A DNA stretch of 64,000 nucleotides from Phoronis australis. Lineage: Eukaryota > Animalia > Phoronida. Positions 35,901 through 50,226 of the stretch are shown in pieces. The stretch is from contig NMRA01000872.1 of NCBI GenBank assembly GCA_002633005.1, forward strand, positions 38,475-102,474. Direction: 5' to 3'. Each line of letters opens with the position of its first letter. Positions within the stretch are counted from its first letter, which is position 1. The notes beneath the pieces are model-generated. The model did not search any database and was not told where the DNA came from. It was given only the letters and a program-made list of their open reading frames with translations. A program made the position numbers and the translations under genes.

Positions 35901-36443
35901 TAGCCACGCAACTATGTCCCCTAAATCTACAGCGTATTTGTTTCGTTTTTTACTCACAGATGTTATATTTTTCTATCGTTTTAGTTTAATTATTGGTCCC
36001 ACTAAATGACATTTTCTAATAATATAGCTAAAACTGAGTCCTAATTGAGTTATAATAATTAGGGACTTAGTCCTTAAATCGGGGGCATAGCATGGAAAGA
36101 TCCCTACATATTTTCAGCTCAGAGAGACTTGTTTTATATATCTGAGTTTTCAGTGATGTTGATGTTTTAACGCAGAGTTCACTCTCGATTCGTACATTTA
36201 TCAAAGCCTTAAACCGACTTAGTCATGAGACTGCATAAGAAAGGTCGAACAGCATAACAAAGGACAAAAATATTTTCACAAGCCTAGAAATACACAGTAG
36301 ATTTATGGAACTCAGGTGAGTCCCAAATTGGAAATGTTTCATGCAACGGCGAGCACTGAAACTCATTTCACATGTTTTTAAGGGACAATTTGAGACCAGT
36401 TAAATAACAATAAGTAGTCGACTGTCGAAAGCTTATTCCTTGN

Positions 36444-38815
36444 CCTCAGCGAACTTGAGGAGTTCACCACTGCCAAACAGCAATTGGACGATGCCCAGAA
36501 GGTAGTCGACGCCCATGCTGAAGCCTCCTAGTCAAGTTGCTTTAATCTAAGCAGAAATAACTGCTCTTGTATAATCCATGTGCTGAGTTATATTAATTCC
36601 AGCTTGATTCAAGCTGAGCTTCTGAACTCAGCACACTGTTGTACATAATATGTGTTAAATTGATTTGATTTAATTTTTCACCCAATGGATGTCAAGCTGT
36701 CAGTTTATGCCGTGCCGTGTTAAAATCTGATGCAGTGATATATTGGAAATCCTACTGGAACTGAAGTAGAAGTACTGTATAGTGTGAACTGTCAAGTCTC
36801 TATTTCTTAAAAGTGACTTAAAGCCTAACATCAACGGAATGTTGTTATTTTAGATGTATTGGGCTAACCAGATAGTCCTAGCAAAGTCTTGGTAAAATAA
36901 GAAAACGCGAGTTCAATCATACAAATGTAAGCTCGTCAAATGATAAGTGAAGGTGCGTTTTCGTGCCATGTTGCGTCACCATGAGATTCCAGCACAAACA
37001 ACGAAAGGTTGTATTGAATAGGGGTCTGAATCATTCAACACAGTTGGTTGAGTTTCAAGCTCCTGAGTAAGTTTTTCTGATTTCCAAGATTAGACCTTGA
37101 GCCTTGGTCTGTGATACATAAAGATTTATAATAATCTAATTATATATCTATTTTTCCATGTCCGCAATTTGAATTCATGACTATTACACTTAGCCTTTGT
37201 TTAGTAAAGATTAAGCATAATGAGGTGTGTTTTTCAATCACAACGTGGTCGTTGATGTTCACATACACGTAAGCTAATACTAAGGCTTATTGATGTTTCA
37301 GTATTTTGTGGGAGAAACTGCTGAAACCGTTAGACTTACTGAGGCTAAGCTTTCATAGGGAAGACAGTTTGAAATTCTGTTGGCATCAACTATAGGTGTC
37401 GCTGTATCTATGCTTTCGTTCTCTTTGCCTCTAATTTATACTGTGATGTGTTTTACACAATATGTTCATCTTGAATAAATCAAAATAGAGTAGATGACCT
37501 GTGTTTTGCTATGCAAGATTTTGCTGTCTTTTAACATTTGCTTTGTTTTCGTTTTGTATGTAAGCAAATGTTTTGGTAAATCCCTGCCCCTGATTTCTGT
37601 TGTGGCTTCATGTTCTGGTTCATGTGCACTTACATGTGCAAGTGTCGCCCCCTGTTGTTGACCATTTAGCTTGGGCAGACCATCTATTATATTTTGATAC
37701 AAGCTTTGTATTAAGTACGTTGTCTGGAATTACTGGCTCTTTGGATTGCAGCAACCAAACTTAAATAATGCAACTGGGATTCAATCCAAGCGTACCCCAT
37801 GCATTAGCAGACATTTCAAGAAAAGCGACATTTCAATTTAGTCCCGTATGTGCGACTTTCTGATTGTTCAGGAATTTTTGTCTGTAATCAGAAAATTTAA
37901 CGCTTGAGCACAAAATTGCTGGGTAATAATCTGTGTTCACTCGACACGAAATTTAGCTTAAAATCTGTTTATGGGTACCGTAGGTCTCGTGAATGGGGGA
38001 TCGTCACACTCTGCATTGTTACATGCTCGCTGTGGGATGTGTGCAATTTTGAAGTACCCTGTATACTTTAGAGCGGTCACAGGCAGACGGAGAGCTAAAA
38101 GGGTTTAACTCAGGGTTAAGAAAATGGTTTCAAAGTCTTCCCTGATCAAGTTCAAGGTGGATTTTGTACTTGAAAAATGACACTACTGGTTGGTTTAGCA
38201 CAGCGTGACGTTTTATGAACCAAACCGGAGTGCCCGTTTTCTGGAAACCCCGGCAGGGTGCACCAGTCTCAAATAGCCACGCAACTATGTCCCCTAAATC
38301 TACAGCGTATTTGTTTCGTTTTTTACTCACAGATGTTATATTTTTCTATCGTTTTAGTTTAATTATTGGTCCCACTAAATGACATTTTCTAATAATATAG
38401 CTAAAACTGAGTCCTAATTGAGTTATAATAATTAGGGACTTAGTCCTTAAATCGGGGGCATAGCATGGAAAGATCCCTACATATTTTCAGCTCAGAGAGA
38501 CTTGTTTTATATATCTGAGTTTTCAGTGATGTTGATGTTTTAACGCAGAGTTCACTCTCGATTCGTACATTTATCAAAGCCTTAAACCGACTTAGTCATG
38601 AGACTGCATAAGAAAGGTCGAACAGCATAACAAAGGACAAAAATATTTTCACAAGCCTAGAAATACACAGTAGATTTATGGAACTCAGGTGAGTCCCAAA
38701 TTGGAAATGTTTCATGCAACGGCGAGCACTGAAACTCATTTCACATGTTTTTAAGGGACAATTTGAGACCAGTTAAATAACAATAAGTAGTCGACTGTCG
38801 AAAGCTTATTCCTTG
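36444..38815 (+). repeat. Duplicate of 32847-36442 (TBCA last exon, 3' UTR and downstream) after an N; probable alternate haplotype
   Basis: Starts mid-exon right after the n at 36443 and ends in the same sequence (gcttattccttg) as the copy before the N. It has scattered SNPs and lacks 33436-34658. Confidence 0.9.
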
Positions 38816-39296
38816 TCGTCAAGTGGGGCGTGGATTTTTATAGCTGCTTATTCATATATCCCTGGCTAACTAAAACGCGGCACTATTCCTTCAATTTCGT
38901 GAACCAAAAAAATGATGTTGGGTCTTGCAAGTCAATGATCGTGCGCCGTACTTGTTCTCTTCCCTTAAGATAGTGTCACACGCCCACAGCGTGAGAGTTA
39001 AGCCTCCTGACATAAGTTTCCTGGCACATACGCTTATCGGGGCTTAAAACAAACAAAGAGCTAATGGGAGTTACAGAAATTAATGAACTGAGCAGGTCCT
39101 TTGAACCAATTGACAACAACGAATACCTCGAATATAGGAGAAGAAACGAATCTCCAATCGTCTTTGTCTTGTTTACTGTCCGACGAGTTAAGTTGATTCC
39201 TTCCAAGAATGTACTTTCACACCACGATAAATCTGCTTTATTTTGAGAGGACCCCCGGGACTGTAACTTCTTCATTTCACAAACTCTCGGACTGTG

Positions 39297-42200
39297 ATGA
39301 GGTCTCTCGCCTTGCTGGTGATTTTCGTCTTTGGCTACGTGGTATGCGATGGGCCACATGAGGTATGAATGTATTTTTTATCCACAAGTGAAGTTGTTCT
39401 CCTAACGCCTCCCTTTTGTTTTGAAAATATTTACTAAATGTCAATCACCTTTGCGTAACTAAGAAAGGATTTTTTAGCCCGGATTCTGCCGAGTCACGGA
39501 TGCTTTTCACACAAGCTCTGAAAATTATGGGTACACATGAGATATTCATGTATAAGGCTCCATTTGCAATCTCATAAGAACTATAATTTTCGAATTAATA
39601 TAACTGGGTTATTCAAAGAATTTCATACAAACATTTGTAGAGCTATGCAATCTTCATGAACAGTCCTAGAAAAGATCCACTGCTCCTGGGAGTTTACAAC
39701 GGTGACTGCACGACTTGCTTTCTCGTTAATCAAATGTTCCCCGTTGTTATGGATAGAGTTTTATTCCCACAATTCTGATGTCAACCCAAATCTTGGAATC
39801 ACATGTCTTTTTTCGTAAACCGCTGTTATTTCCAATTTCTGATAGGATGCACTGTGTATTGTGACAATAGTAAATAGCGTGACACCTCCCTGTATACTAG
39901 GTCGAGTGCTTCTGGTCCTGTCACTCGAACGTGTATGCAAAAATGACCAGGCTATGAGAAAAGAAGTATGTTCACAGGGGCAGATCCAGGATTTTGAGTT
40001 GGGGGGTAGGGTACAAGAATAACCATAATTTCGCCTCATGCGCCCGCCCAGCCTAAAATGTGTCACGCTTTTTGTGGTCACAATAACAGCGGTTTACGAA
40101 AAAAGACATAGCCCNCCACTGGTTCACGGCAGATCATGTCAGCAAGAACGCCTGGCAAGATTAGTGCTTGAGGGGGATGAACGCACCGCGCATGTAGGGC
40201 GGGCGAGGAACCCAAACAGCCTTGAATAAAGCATACCACAGTGTCTTGAGCTCTCACTTTCTCATGGTCGACGATCGAAATCATAACCGTGAATGTCTTA
40301 CTTTCCAGGAACAGGAAGAAGCCTTAGGCAGTACACTTGACCAACTATGTAAGTTGCCATTTTGGGTGTTCTCGACACTGCAAGGCAGACCAGTATACAT
40401 GTAAGATCACTTATGGCGGTGGCAATTGAAAGCGTCATCAAGACTGAACAACTAGAAAAATACATTGCCAACTCATTTTATTCGTCAAGACATCGTCATC
40501 GTTTAATCAACGTTGGCCCGATTGCAAGCTTTTCTCCAAACAACTGTGAAGATTAGTCATCGGTAAAAGTTATGTGAATTAGAACTCCGGACATTTGAAG
40601 TATTCCTATAAAACATTCGGTCAGAGAAGTATGCCGCCGCTACTCTAAAGCCTGCGCCTAAAGCATGATTTCACCATTTTATTCGTTAGTTCGACTTCTG
40701 TTATTAGACATGTGCATCGTTTCGAAATTTTAGTGCTGAGTTTGTTTGCGTATTAAATTATTTTTGAAAAATGTCAGTGGGAACTCAAGGGAATTCTTAC
40801 AAAACAGCCCACTTACTTGCTCTCGGTCAACGTAGCACTTCCTGACGTTCATGTCATTCAGTTTCAGATGAAGAATTTGCCAAGTTTCTTCAATATGAAG
40901 AGGACGGTCATGAGGTTTGTATATACATGTAACACTTCGAAAGTCGATTGAAAATTGCAATCGTGTTTCCATGATTGCTTTCAAACCTGGTTTCCTTTCG
41001 AGCGCAGGCCTATTAGACATGTTTCACGGAAATGGCTGGTACAGGATTCGCAGGAGAAGGTTTTCCGAATTGAATGTTTATTCATTCACTGATTTTTAAA
41101 ATTTATATTGACCTTAAATGTGGGGATATTGTTTCTTTAGCGTTTATTATCTGACTGGTACACATGTATCCAAAATGTTGGAAACACTTTCAGCATTACA
41201 ACAGTTTCATTTTCAACTATACCGGGACATCTGTTTAGGACAATTAGATCGACTACGTCAGACCTTCCTCCCGTTCATTAACTCTAGGACCCCGCTAAAA
41301 AGTAAGACTTCGCGAGATTACGTGAGTTATTGCCGTGCATTTTAAATGAGAACACGTGACTTTGACTAGGTTTTAGCTACTGCAGGTCCTGCTATCGTAG
41401 GCCCTAGCGACTACTGAACGCACGCCTTGTTTACCATAATCAGATTGTCTGTGACAGGATGTGGGTGACTACAATAAAGGAGAAAGATGGACGAATGGAA
41501 TAGTCTTCTATGAACTAGATCCGCAATATGGTAAGAGTTTATGCGCCTGTCTTTTTTACTTTGCATCGTAAATTTTCCCAGAACTGTCCCTAACATCATA
41601 AAAAACAAGATGCCAGTGAAAGTGGCAGCACCTGAAAGCACTTGACGCAGTGGAAGTCCCTGAAGTTCCACCATTTTAACCAAGTTTTTATTTGGTTGAA
41701 ATCCCTGTAAGAAAACACTTAATCCGGTAATTTCATGTAAAAAGATAATTTAATGGTATAAACAATCTGTTACTTTCTTAAACCCTCGAGCAATAGCTTT
41801 ACGAAACAAGTACGAAACTGAGCTTGCACAACCATGGCATACATGTAGTTCGTTGACATTTAAGGCTTTGGCTGACTATTCCGGCGAACAAAAGAAGGAC
41901 CGGTGGTGCAGCCCCAATCGCTTCAGTGTTAAGTGTGCTTTTTTGGGTGAAACTGCTTTGGAACTTCATATTTTAAGCTGGTCTCTTGGTTCCATCTTCA
42001 AATGTTGACAGTACTTGACATTAGCTGCTTGCACGAATTCGTCAGTATGCTTGAGAACGAGGTGTTGTGTCCAAACTACAGTTGTTCTGCATGTTTGAAA
42101 CGCGCGCTTTCAAGTTTGCGTTGTTAAAGTTGGTGCTAAAACGAGACATTGTACAGTATCTAAAACAACAGCGCACAGCGCCGCCAAAGTTCGCAAGTAG

Positions 42201-45200
42201 TGAATTGGTAGATATGTGCCGGCGTTGGAAGGTTGCAAAACTCATGGGTGACTGTTCATACCTTTTCCCTGAATTATATATCGAGAGGTTTTAGACATAC
42301 CGGGAATTGCCAAAAATACATGTAGGCCCATGACTGTATGTTCTGAACAAAATTCCAAAAGTACTCCCATTGTCGTATTTTCGCCTGTTTGTAGGCTTTG
42401 GAAATGTGCTGAATGACTTCCAAACCGTTTTGAGAGACTAATTAATGATAATTATTTTGCTTTAAATCTGCGTATTAAACAAAATATTATCACAGTTTCC
42501 AAAAATACTCCTGTCCGTGTATTCGATTTTATTTCGCGTTTTTGAAAGTTGTTCAGTTTAGTGATATCTGCCTTTCGGTCTTTTTGGAAATTTCCGTTCA
42601 TCTCATGTTGGTTGAATTCGTTTGGATACATATAGCCTAATAGGGTATCAGTTTCATTTCCTGAGACAGAAAATTAATTCCTTTTCAAGAGCTCGGTCTT
42701 GTTTTTTTGTTATTAGTGACTCGGGTTATCTATAATGGCGAAAGAACAACGACAAATTCAGAGACTGAAAGAGTTTTCGCATTGAATTTATCAAATTTGA
42801 AAAACCCGAAGGTCGACATTAAAGTCATTATAACCATTGTCAGAGATATAATGTTTTTGCCTGGAGAGAGTAAGACATACTTGAACACGTACCTCACTTG
42901 AACTAAGCCTTCATGTAACATGGAGCCTCACAACAAAGCATACAACTCAAGCAGCTGGCTATAAGCAAAAGAAACAAACGTTCACCTTGCCACGAATCAG
43001 TTTGAACTTGTCGCCGGGTTGCGCGAAGATGGCCGTGCTTGGTGCCTCATGTTGTCATTCTATTCGGTGATGTTGCTTCGATAAGTGTTGTTTCCGTTAA
43101 AGATGAACTCGACGCGTATCTCATAGAAACAGCAATGAGGCGATTCGAGAACGACACAGCCATCGGCAATCAAACCTGCATACAGTTCAATAAGAGAAAA
43201 GACGAAGAGGACTACTTATACATTAGTCCTATCAAAAACTCGTAAGTAGCACATCTACACGTATACAGAACAGTGACGACTGTTTACGACTCATTTCTGG
43301 TTGACCAGCACAGAGAGACCATCTGAAAATGACTTTTTGTAATTGGCCCTATTCATTAGCCAATCATGTCTATAGAAGCTCGAGCTAGTACTTTCCCTGG
43401 AATGCTTACGATATACGTTACGCAAGAAAATAGGTTCATATTCAGACCTGAAAGTTTCATAATGAGGCTAGGTATCAACTTTGAAGTTGCCTGTCAATTG
43501 ACGCAGTGGGGCTCAAAAACGAGGGTCAGCTTAGAAGACCCATGAGTTGTGCTAATGGCCCATTCCGACGTATTCAAATTTGTAGTGAGGTAACCATTCA
43601 CGAGCGAGCTTTTCTGCTGCCCCATGAGTGCATTACGCGGAAAGCTACCTGCAATTGTTTGAATGTAGAAAGTATTTAGCAGGAGAGCAATTCTGATAAA
43701 ATTCACCCTCTGCGTCAATGGTGAAATCATGAAAGTCACCGGGGCAACATGTGGATTCAAAACTGAGCCATTTAGCTTGAACTAAACGATGATAATACGG
43801 GTTACTGTTCATGCTAAAGGCCTACATTAAACCTGACTAAAAGCGTCAGGGCAGATGCGCGCAACTTTACTTAAGTGTAGAGCCTTCTCGGCCGAACTTG
43901 AGAAAAGGAACATCCAGTCCATTTTATGCCCAGAAAACACAGATGTTTGAGTACAGGGATCAAATTGAGATCAAATTTTGAGGGTAAGTGATCTAAATAT
44001 GAAATTGATTTTTGTGACAGATTGTGGTTTATGGCGCTTTAAGATTTGGGTGGAAGCGACGACGAGGAAGAGGTTGATGATGATGATGAAGGTGTTGTCG
44101 GTGGTGGTGGTAGTGATGATGGTGGTTGTGATGTTGATGGTGGTGATCATGATGTTCATGGTGATTACAAGGATGACGAACTAACTCCATGATATAGTGA
44201 CGTTAATGAGAATGTGACGGAGTGTCGAGGCAGATTTTAATGGCAAACCTGAGGTAGACGTGAGGCTTTCCAAGTTTGTGTCCTTGTCAATTCGCTTTCG
44301 GTGTAAAAGTCGCGTTGCTGTCGTGGAGAAAAAAAAAGTTTTTATTCTGTGTGTTTGTTGTATTGTAGCCGCAACCCACCTCTCATTTAAGGTGTTTTTC
44401 AAAAGTTGGTCGAAAAGGCGGAAAGCAGGTGACGTCACTAGGGAAACCGTGTCTTGCCGAAGAAGGAAAGATTCATCACGAGCTGATGCACGTTCTGGGC
44501 TTCCTACATGAGCAGAGTCGAAATGACCGCGACCAGTATGTCAGAATTGTCTGGGAAAATATAAACCCAGGTGGGTGAGCGAAATATTTAAAGAGGAAAC
44601 ACGATCAGAATGACACCTGTAGACTTTTGACTTTTTCCGTCTCTAAAAGTGAGTATAATCATATTCCATAATGGGGCAAAGTTGTTGTATAGCCGTAAAC
44701 GGCTCTGTCCACACATCCCAGCTATTCGACTATAGTCATGAACAATTTTTTCGTCTCGACTTTTCAAGTTAATATCGGATACTGAGTCGTATGGAGGTAG
44801 AACTTTACAGAATTGGTAAAATGTGACAATAAATTTACAATTTTAGTGTAAGATTTGATCTACCTGCTGGTATTCTAGCTCAGTGCGTTCAGTCGCCGGC
44901 TGACTGGGGACAGTTTCTCGGAGAGAGTTTTTTTTTCTTTTAATCCTTGTCAGCTGTCAGAAATCTGACTGCGAATAGCCAAATGGTGATGTTTTTTTTG
45001 TCTTTTGAGTTTCTCGAAACGTTTTGTCTTCAGCTCGTCGAACAGAATGTAAAAGTCTGTCTGACTGTCACCATTAGCCTCTTATCGTGACTGGCTTCAT
45101 GTAAGTCATTCCTAGACTAATTTTTAACGTGAAGTCATAAAACAAAAGCCAGTAGACTCTTTCAAAAACACTGCGGATTCAGGTCATGAGCCTGTTATTT

Positions 45201-45865
45201 CCAAGTTTTTGGTAGTGCTCGCGATAGAAGCCTGACTTCTGCCAATTAAGCGCACGCGTCGAATCCACGAAGTTTAAACGGTGAGTAATGTTACAGGTCC
45301 TACTGTATAAAAGAACAACTTTTGGCTTTAGACCACTTATGCAAGTGGCTACAACAATCTGATGTTATTTGAGGGCTTAGGAACAGCCGACAGTTCGTTA
45401 TTCACTCTTGAGGCCTATTGGCTCCTCTGCATGGCCTCTGTCATCACGGCATTTCATAACGAAATGTTAACCTTTGCAAGCCAATGCATAATTTGTCATA
45501 GTAAATGACTAACAAGTTAAGACCAGTTGTATAACAAATCAATTAAGATTATTTTTTGCTGTAGGCCTACTTGTCTATAGCCGCTTAAATAATGAGCATA
45601 ATCCCTGACCGTTGCGCTTAAAACACATTTCTTGTTATTAGAACACTTCCGTAACTTCGAAAAGTACTCCAACGTGGAATCGGAACACTTTGGTCTCCCG
45701 TATGACTACGGAAGTCTACTCCACTACAGCGAATACGCATTTTCCAAGAACGGTGAAGAGACTATCGTCGCCACCAACTCATCTGGTGCTGCCACCATGG
45801 GTCAACGAGAGAAACTGAGTCCTATCGATATTCAAAAAATCAGATCAGTCTATGGATGTTTGTGA
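39297..45865 (+). CDS. Secreted astacin-family (M12A) zinc metalloprotease, 7 exons, about 255 aa
   Basis: Exons 39297-39362 (signal peptide [18 protein letters not shown]), 40309-40348, 40868-40914, 41458-41530 ([12 protein letters not shown]), 43103-43241 (TCIQFNKR), 44392-44570 ([10 protein letters not shown]...[19 protein letters not shown]) and 45642-45865 ([11 protein letters not shown]...[21 protein letters not shown]). Phases are consistent. Small exons 2-3 are less certain. Confidence 0.9.
39803..40109. mobile_element. 307-bp MITE with perfect 28-bp terminal inverted repeats
   Basis: atgtcttttttcgtaaaccgctgttatt (39803-39830) is the reverse complement of aataacagcggtttacgaaaaaagacat (40082-40109). 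The right end lies next to the N at 40115. Confidence 0.75.
44074..44180. repeat. Degenerate (GAT/GGT)n trinucleotide repeat in an astacin intron
   Basis: tgatgatgatgatgaaggtg...gtggtggtggtagtgatgatggtgg. Confidence 0.8.
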
Positions 45866-48800
45866 ATTTTGGTGATTGTTCTTGAATACTAGTTGGCATC
45901 CAATTAAAAATAGAAAAAAAGCTTTAGAAGTTCTTGTATTTTCCTGATAACCAGCATTGTTGCTTGAGGAAACGTTGTTTTTAACCTGCCCCCGTTTTTC
46001 TTACTGTGTTCGTGAATTATGCACTACAGACTAAGTGATGTCTATAAAAGTTGAATTTTTAAAGGCAAATGTGTCACCCGATTTGATTTTTTAAGCGTTT
46101 TAATCAGTATTAGTCCATAACATCCCGCCGTGTCATTAAACCTATTTCTGACTATGGATCAGTGCCTTTAATGAAGAATTAAAGCTGCGTGGCGCTTTTG
46201 TATTCAATCCAGTACCGGTGGTCAAAATGTTGAGGGTGTTCATGGCCGCAAATGTGTTCAGGAACGTAAGAATACAATCAGGATTGTAACGCGTCCTTCT
46301 TCTCCGATGCAATCAATGATCTGACTGGCATCGAGTCTTGTGAGTGCCAGTGCCAATCATATTTCAATGCAGTGGTGGGTGCCTGAAGAGAAACTATTAT
46401 CAGCCATGATTCGCTGACGTCACAGACTAATTGAGCATAGCACGGCTTGTCGTCTAGCGACAGGTAAATTATCTGTAAGTGTTGTTATCGAGTGGAACAA
46501 GATGGGCTCAATTTATTCAAAATGTATCGTTTTCGGTGGCATTCGCCTTTAAGAACTGTAGGCTGAATGTGACCTGTTTTCGCCTTTCTGTACTGCGTAC
46601 AGTGTAGTTTCGTCCAGAACACTGTCTGTAGTGAACGCAGTGGTTCACATGTGTGCAATTCAGAAGCACAGCCATGCGACTTTTATACAGCATCCTTTTA
46701 TAGGCTGTATACCTAAAATTCGCACAGGCGCACATTGACTCGGAACGCACCAGGTGTTTCCACGAACTAAAGTATTGTAGCTGAGCATCCAGAAAAAGGC
46801 CTAGAGTTTTTTTCGTAGCCTCAAATTATCCTTCGGAAGTTTTCCTTATCACTGGGCCGGCGCATTGATGTAGCGAGTTTCTTTTTTGGCGCTCGGGAGC
46901 CTTAATACCAAATGCGCCCCCTAGTTGCTTTTACTTTATCATAGAAAAAACAGTATCGAATATAAAGAAAAAATCTATTGACGATGTTGATTTTGGGCCA
47001 AATAAGCAGTAGAAACCAAAGCACAATCACGATTGTTGTTAACATTATGCATTTACATATACCACATACATGTAAGTCCAACGTTTCAACTAGACGATTC
47101 AAACGCAAACAACATGGTCACAAGTAACAAAATCAACTGAATCAAAACCCTCTTGCAAAGCTGTCACACACAAAAGTCAAGAGTATTCCCAAAGAGTGAG
47201 CTGAACCTACCCCAGCCGATTGTCTTGAGAGACAAACGACATAGCATTTTGATCAAGAATGGCAAGGCTGTCCTTAATAGCCAATCTGAACCTATTTACA
47301 TCATTGTGACTGTCATAACTTCTATTACATGGCCTGGTACTACTGAATGAATACAGAGGGCACTGTTGTCACTTTTAGAATGTTCTTTTGCTCTTTGAAC
47401 TAATCTCCTTGTGATATCACTCCCCTGGCCATCCGACTATCAAGCGCGCGCAACGCAATAGCAACCAACGTAGTCTATCGCCAGAGGACAGAAGAGAACA
47501 GAGGCAATCTCAAATGAAATAAAAAGCATTTTATCCTAAGAAGATTTCTCCAAATATTTGATCGTTGTGAACTTTTTGTGTGTTAATAAATTAGATTATG
47601 TAGATAATCAATAATATCCTCTCATTTTACATGACATACTAACATTTGCTCCCTGTCTGCTCACTCAGATGGAAAAAATCGATAGCCTGAAACAGGACCC
47701 GCCGTGGTACATTCAGGACTATGAACTTCCCAAGTAGTTGATTTAGGTTAGACATATCGTACCGCAATGTTGAAAAACGTGTTCGTTGCCGATCATTACT
47801 AGAGGTACACCACGGCAGTTTACGCGACTTGCGATATCGACATTACATCGCAACGTATAGAGATTTCATATGCGTTCAGCGTGGGCATCGCCATTCGCTG
47901 ATATCAAGTTTGCGCATTTGTTCAACCATTTCCATGCACCAAATGAAAGTGAGGAAATTCAGTCGAGTACATGGACTGTAGAGCTAGTAGTAGTCATCCG
48001 AAAATTTGGCAAATCAAATACAATCTTGGTTGAGAAAGGCACAAAATAAAGCTATTATTTCCAATAGCGAGCCGGGTAACTAGAGACACTGCAACAGTTG
48101 AATTCACTTAATTATGGCCGACAGTCAGGCTCACTTTATTAGAAATGCATATGCCGCGATGATTCTTCTGCTAGTTTGAGAGCTGGACACAGGAAACGAA
48201 TCATTTTGCTGGAAGAAGGATTTTTCATAGGGTAGTTAACCTCGGGCTTGAACGCGTTTCGTCTCATCCCTACTTCATCACCACCACCTCCGCCAGACCT
48301 ATACTGTAGAAGTCTACACCTCACGAGCATTGGAACACTCACATTTCACCTGGCAGAGGAAGGTTACCGGCCCATGGCAAATACATGCCTGCACCCACCA
48401 GGTGCAACGTGTGCGGATGTACGCTCTTTGTCTACTTTTCGTTAAGTGTCAACTAGAGGCAAATTGGAAAAACGAAGATTTTAGTATTGTCAGCAACTTT
48501 GTGGTCAGGTCAAATTACACACGGCAACCGCGTGCAATGGGAGGGCCTCATTTCTCTGGGCACGTGCCCTAAATGAACCCTAATATCGATATTATTACCA
48601 AATTTTGTTCGATTTAAATATAAACAAAAAACATTCTTTTTGTTGTATCTATATTTTGATTCATGAAAACACAAAAAGTCGTACTTCTTGATAACTATTC
48701 ACACAGAAGTGGAATTTTTTTAATACAATTCCTACTAGGATATTGGAGAACAGTACTCAAAACATGTTTATGGAAGTTTCAAATGATAATGAATCCGATC

Positions 48801-49880
48801 CGTCATTGCCGTCATTAGCTATCTCAGCTTCACGTTATAGAAACACAAGTTGACGTCATTTTCTTTCAATTTCCTTAGCTTTTGTCTTGGTATGATCCTG
48901 CAGAATACCTGAGAACGCGAGTTCAATTAACGAAGTTTTCGGTAATGGGTTACTCGACTACCAATTTCGTCAACACACATTTCATGTATTTTTATACCTT
49001 TAGGAACAGCGTCTCGGTTAAAATGAGAGTCGAGAAGTCAGGGTCTAATAAACAACCTTGAACACTGTCAATATCCATTTCCACGAAAAATGATATTTTT
49101 TTTCTTTTTCGTTAATGTCGAGTGAAATAAAAATAAATCGTAACGTCGAATGAAGTATACATGTAGAGTTCTTCATATGACAATGATTGCGTCGTCAAAT
49201 CCTGCAGTCCCAGTTTGGTCCGGTTACTTCACCCCCCAATTGCATGCCGGGTTAGGGTATGAAGTACCAATCTTAGGGCCAACCACGACTTGCCTTTGGG
49301 GCCTCAAGACTTCCCGAGATGTTCCGGAATACTCATGAGATAACAAAAGTATAATTTTAACCAATCACGTGCCACCGGTTCTGATTTTTACTGATGAGCA
49401 CCATACTCGTGGGCCTCCAAACTAAGCATAACGTTCCCCGAAGCACAGCGACCACTAGGCCTATCGTGTTTTGTCACCATGGCACAATCAAGGGTCAATC
49501 GCACTGGAACCACAAAATGCAACCCCCGACACTTTCCCCCCCAAAACAGTTAACAATGCCAGCATTGCAATTCATAATTTATTTTAACAACAATCCCAGT
49601 ATGGTTTTCATTTAGTTCATAAGCGGCTTTTTCAAAATATAGAAAAAACGGAGCCGGTCGAGGTCATCTAGATAGGCAAAGCTTTAAGTTTGCATCGGTT
49701 TCAAAATCAAGCACAGTAAATAAAATGAGAATTCTAAACAACAACAAAATACTAAAATATAAAACAACAATGAAATTCATCAAACACAACATCTACGGGA
49801 ATGCATAATTGACAAGATGCCCTTGCAAAGACTGTAAGTTCGACACTGTTGGAAATGGTCAGAAAACATACACGCAACTA

Positions 49881-50226
49881 ACACCTTCTCATTTGAAATG
49901 AGCTTTTCTCAAATAAATGAGCTTCGAAAAAAGAACTTATATTGAATACTTAAAAAGCTATTGCTCAGACAATACTACACTTGGTAATACATGAATTGGT
50001 ATATCCTATATTTATATAGGATAGACCATGCAAAAGAACGACGTCAGTGGTCTACCCTATATGTATATATACGAAGTACGTCAGTGGTATATCCTATATA
50101 TGATAGACCGATTAATGATTTTGCAAGCGTGGCATTGTCTGAGCAATACCTTATTAAGTATTCAATTTAAGTCCCTTTTTCGAAGCTCATTTATTTGAGA
50201 AAAGCTCATTTCAAATGAGAAGGTGT
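49881..50226. mobile_element. Foldback MITE (~346 bp) with ~130-bp inverted arms
   Basis: acaccttctcatttgaaatgagcttttctcaaataaatgagcttcgaaaaa... is mirrored at 50226 back to ~50100. Flanked by TA (or CTAA/TTAA). Centre has repeats of ggtatatcctata. Confidence 0.85.

Noticed and set aside
36444-36530. Second TBCA gene/paralogue
   Set aside because: Only a partial last exon, starting exactly at an assembly N within a near-identical duplicated block. Most likely a haplotype artefact.
41008-41038. Additional astacin pro-domain exon ([10 protein letters not shown])
   Set aside because: Its phase is incompatible with the upstream predicted exon, and the simpler 40914-41458 join keeps the frame.
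43971-44184. Met/Val- or Thr/Ile-rich ORFs
   Set aside because: Translation artefacts of a trinucleotide repeat within an intron.
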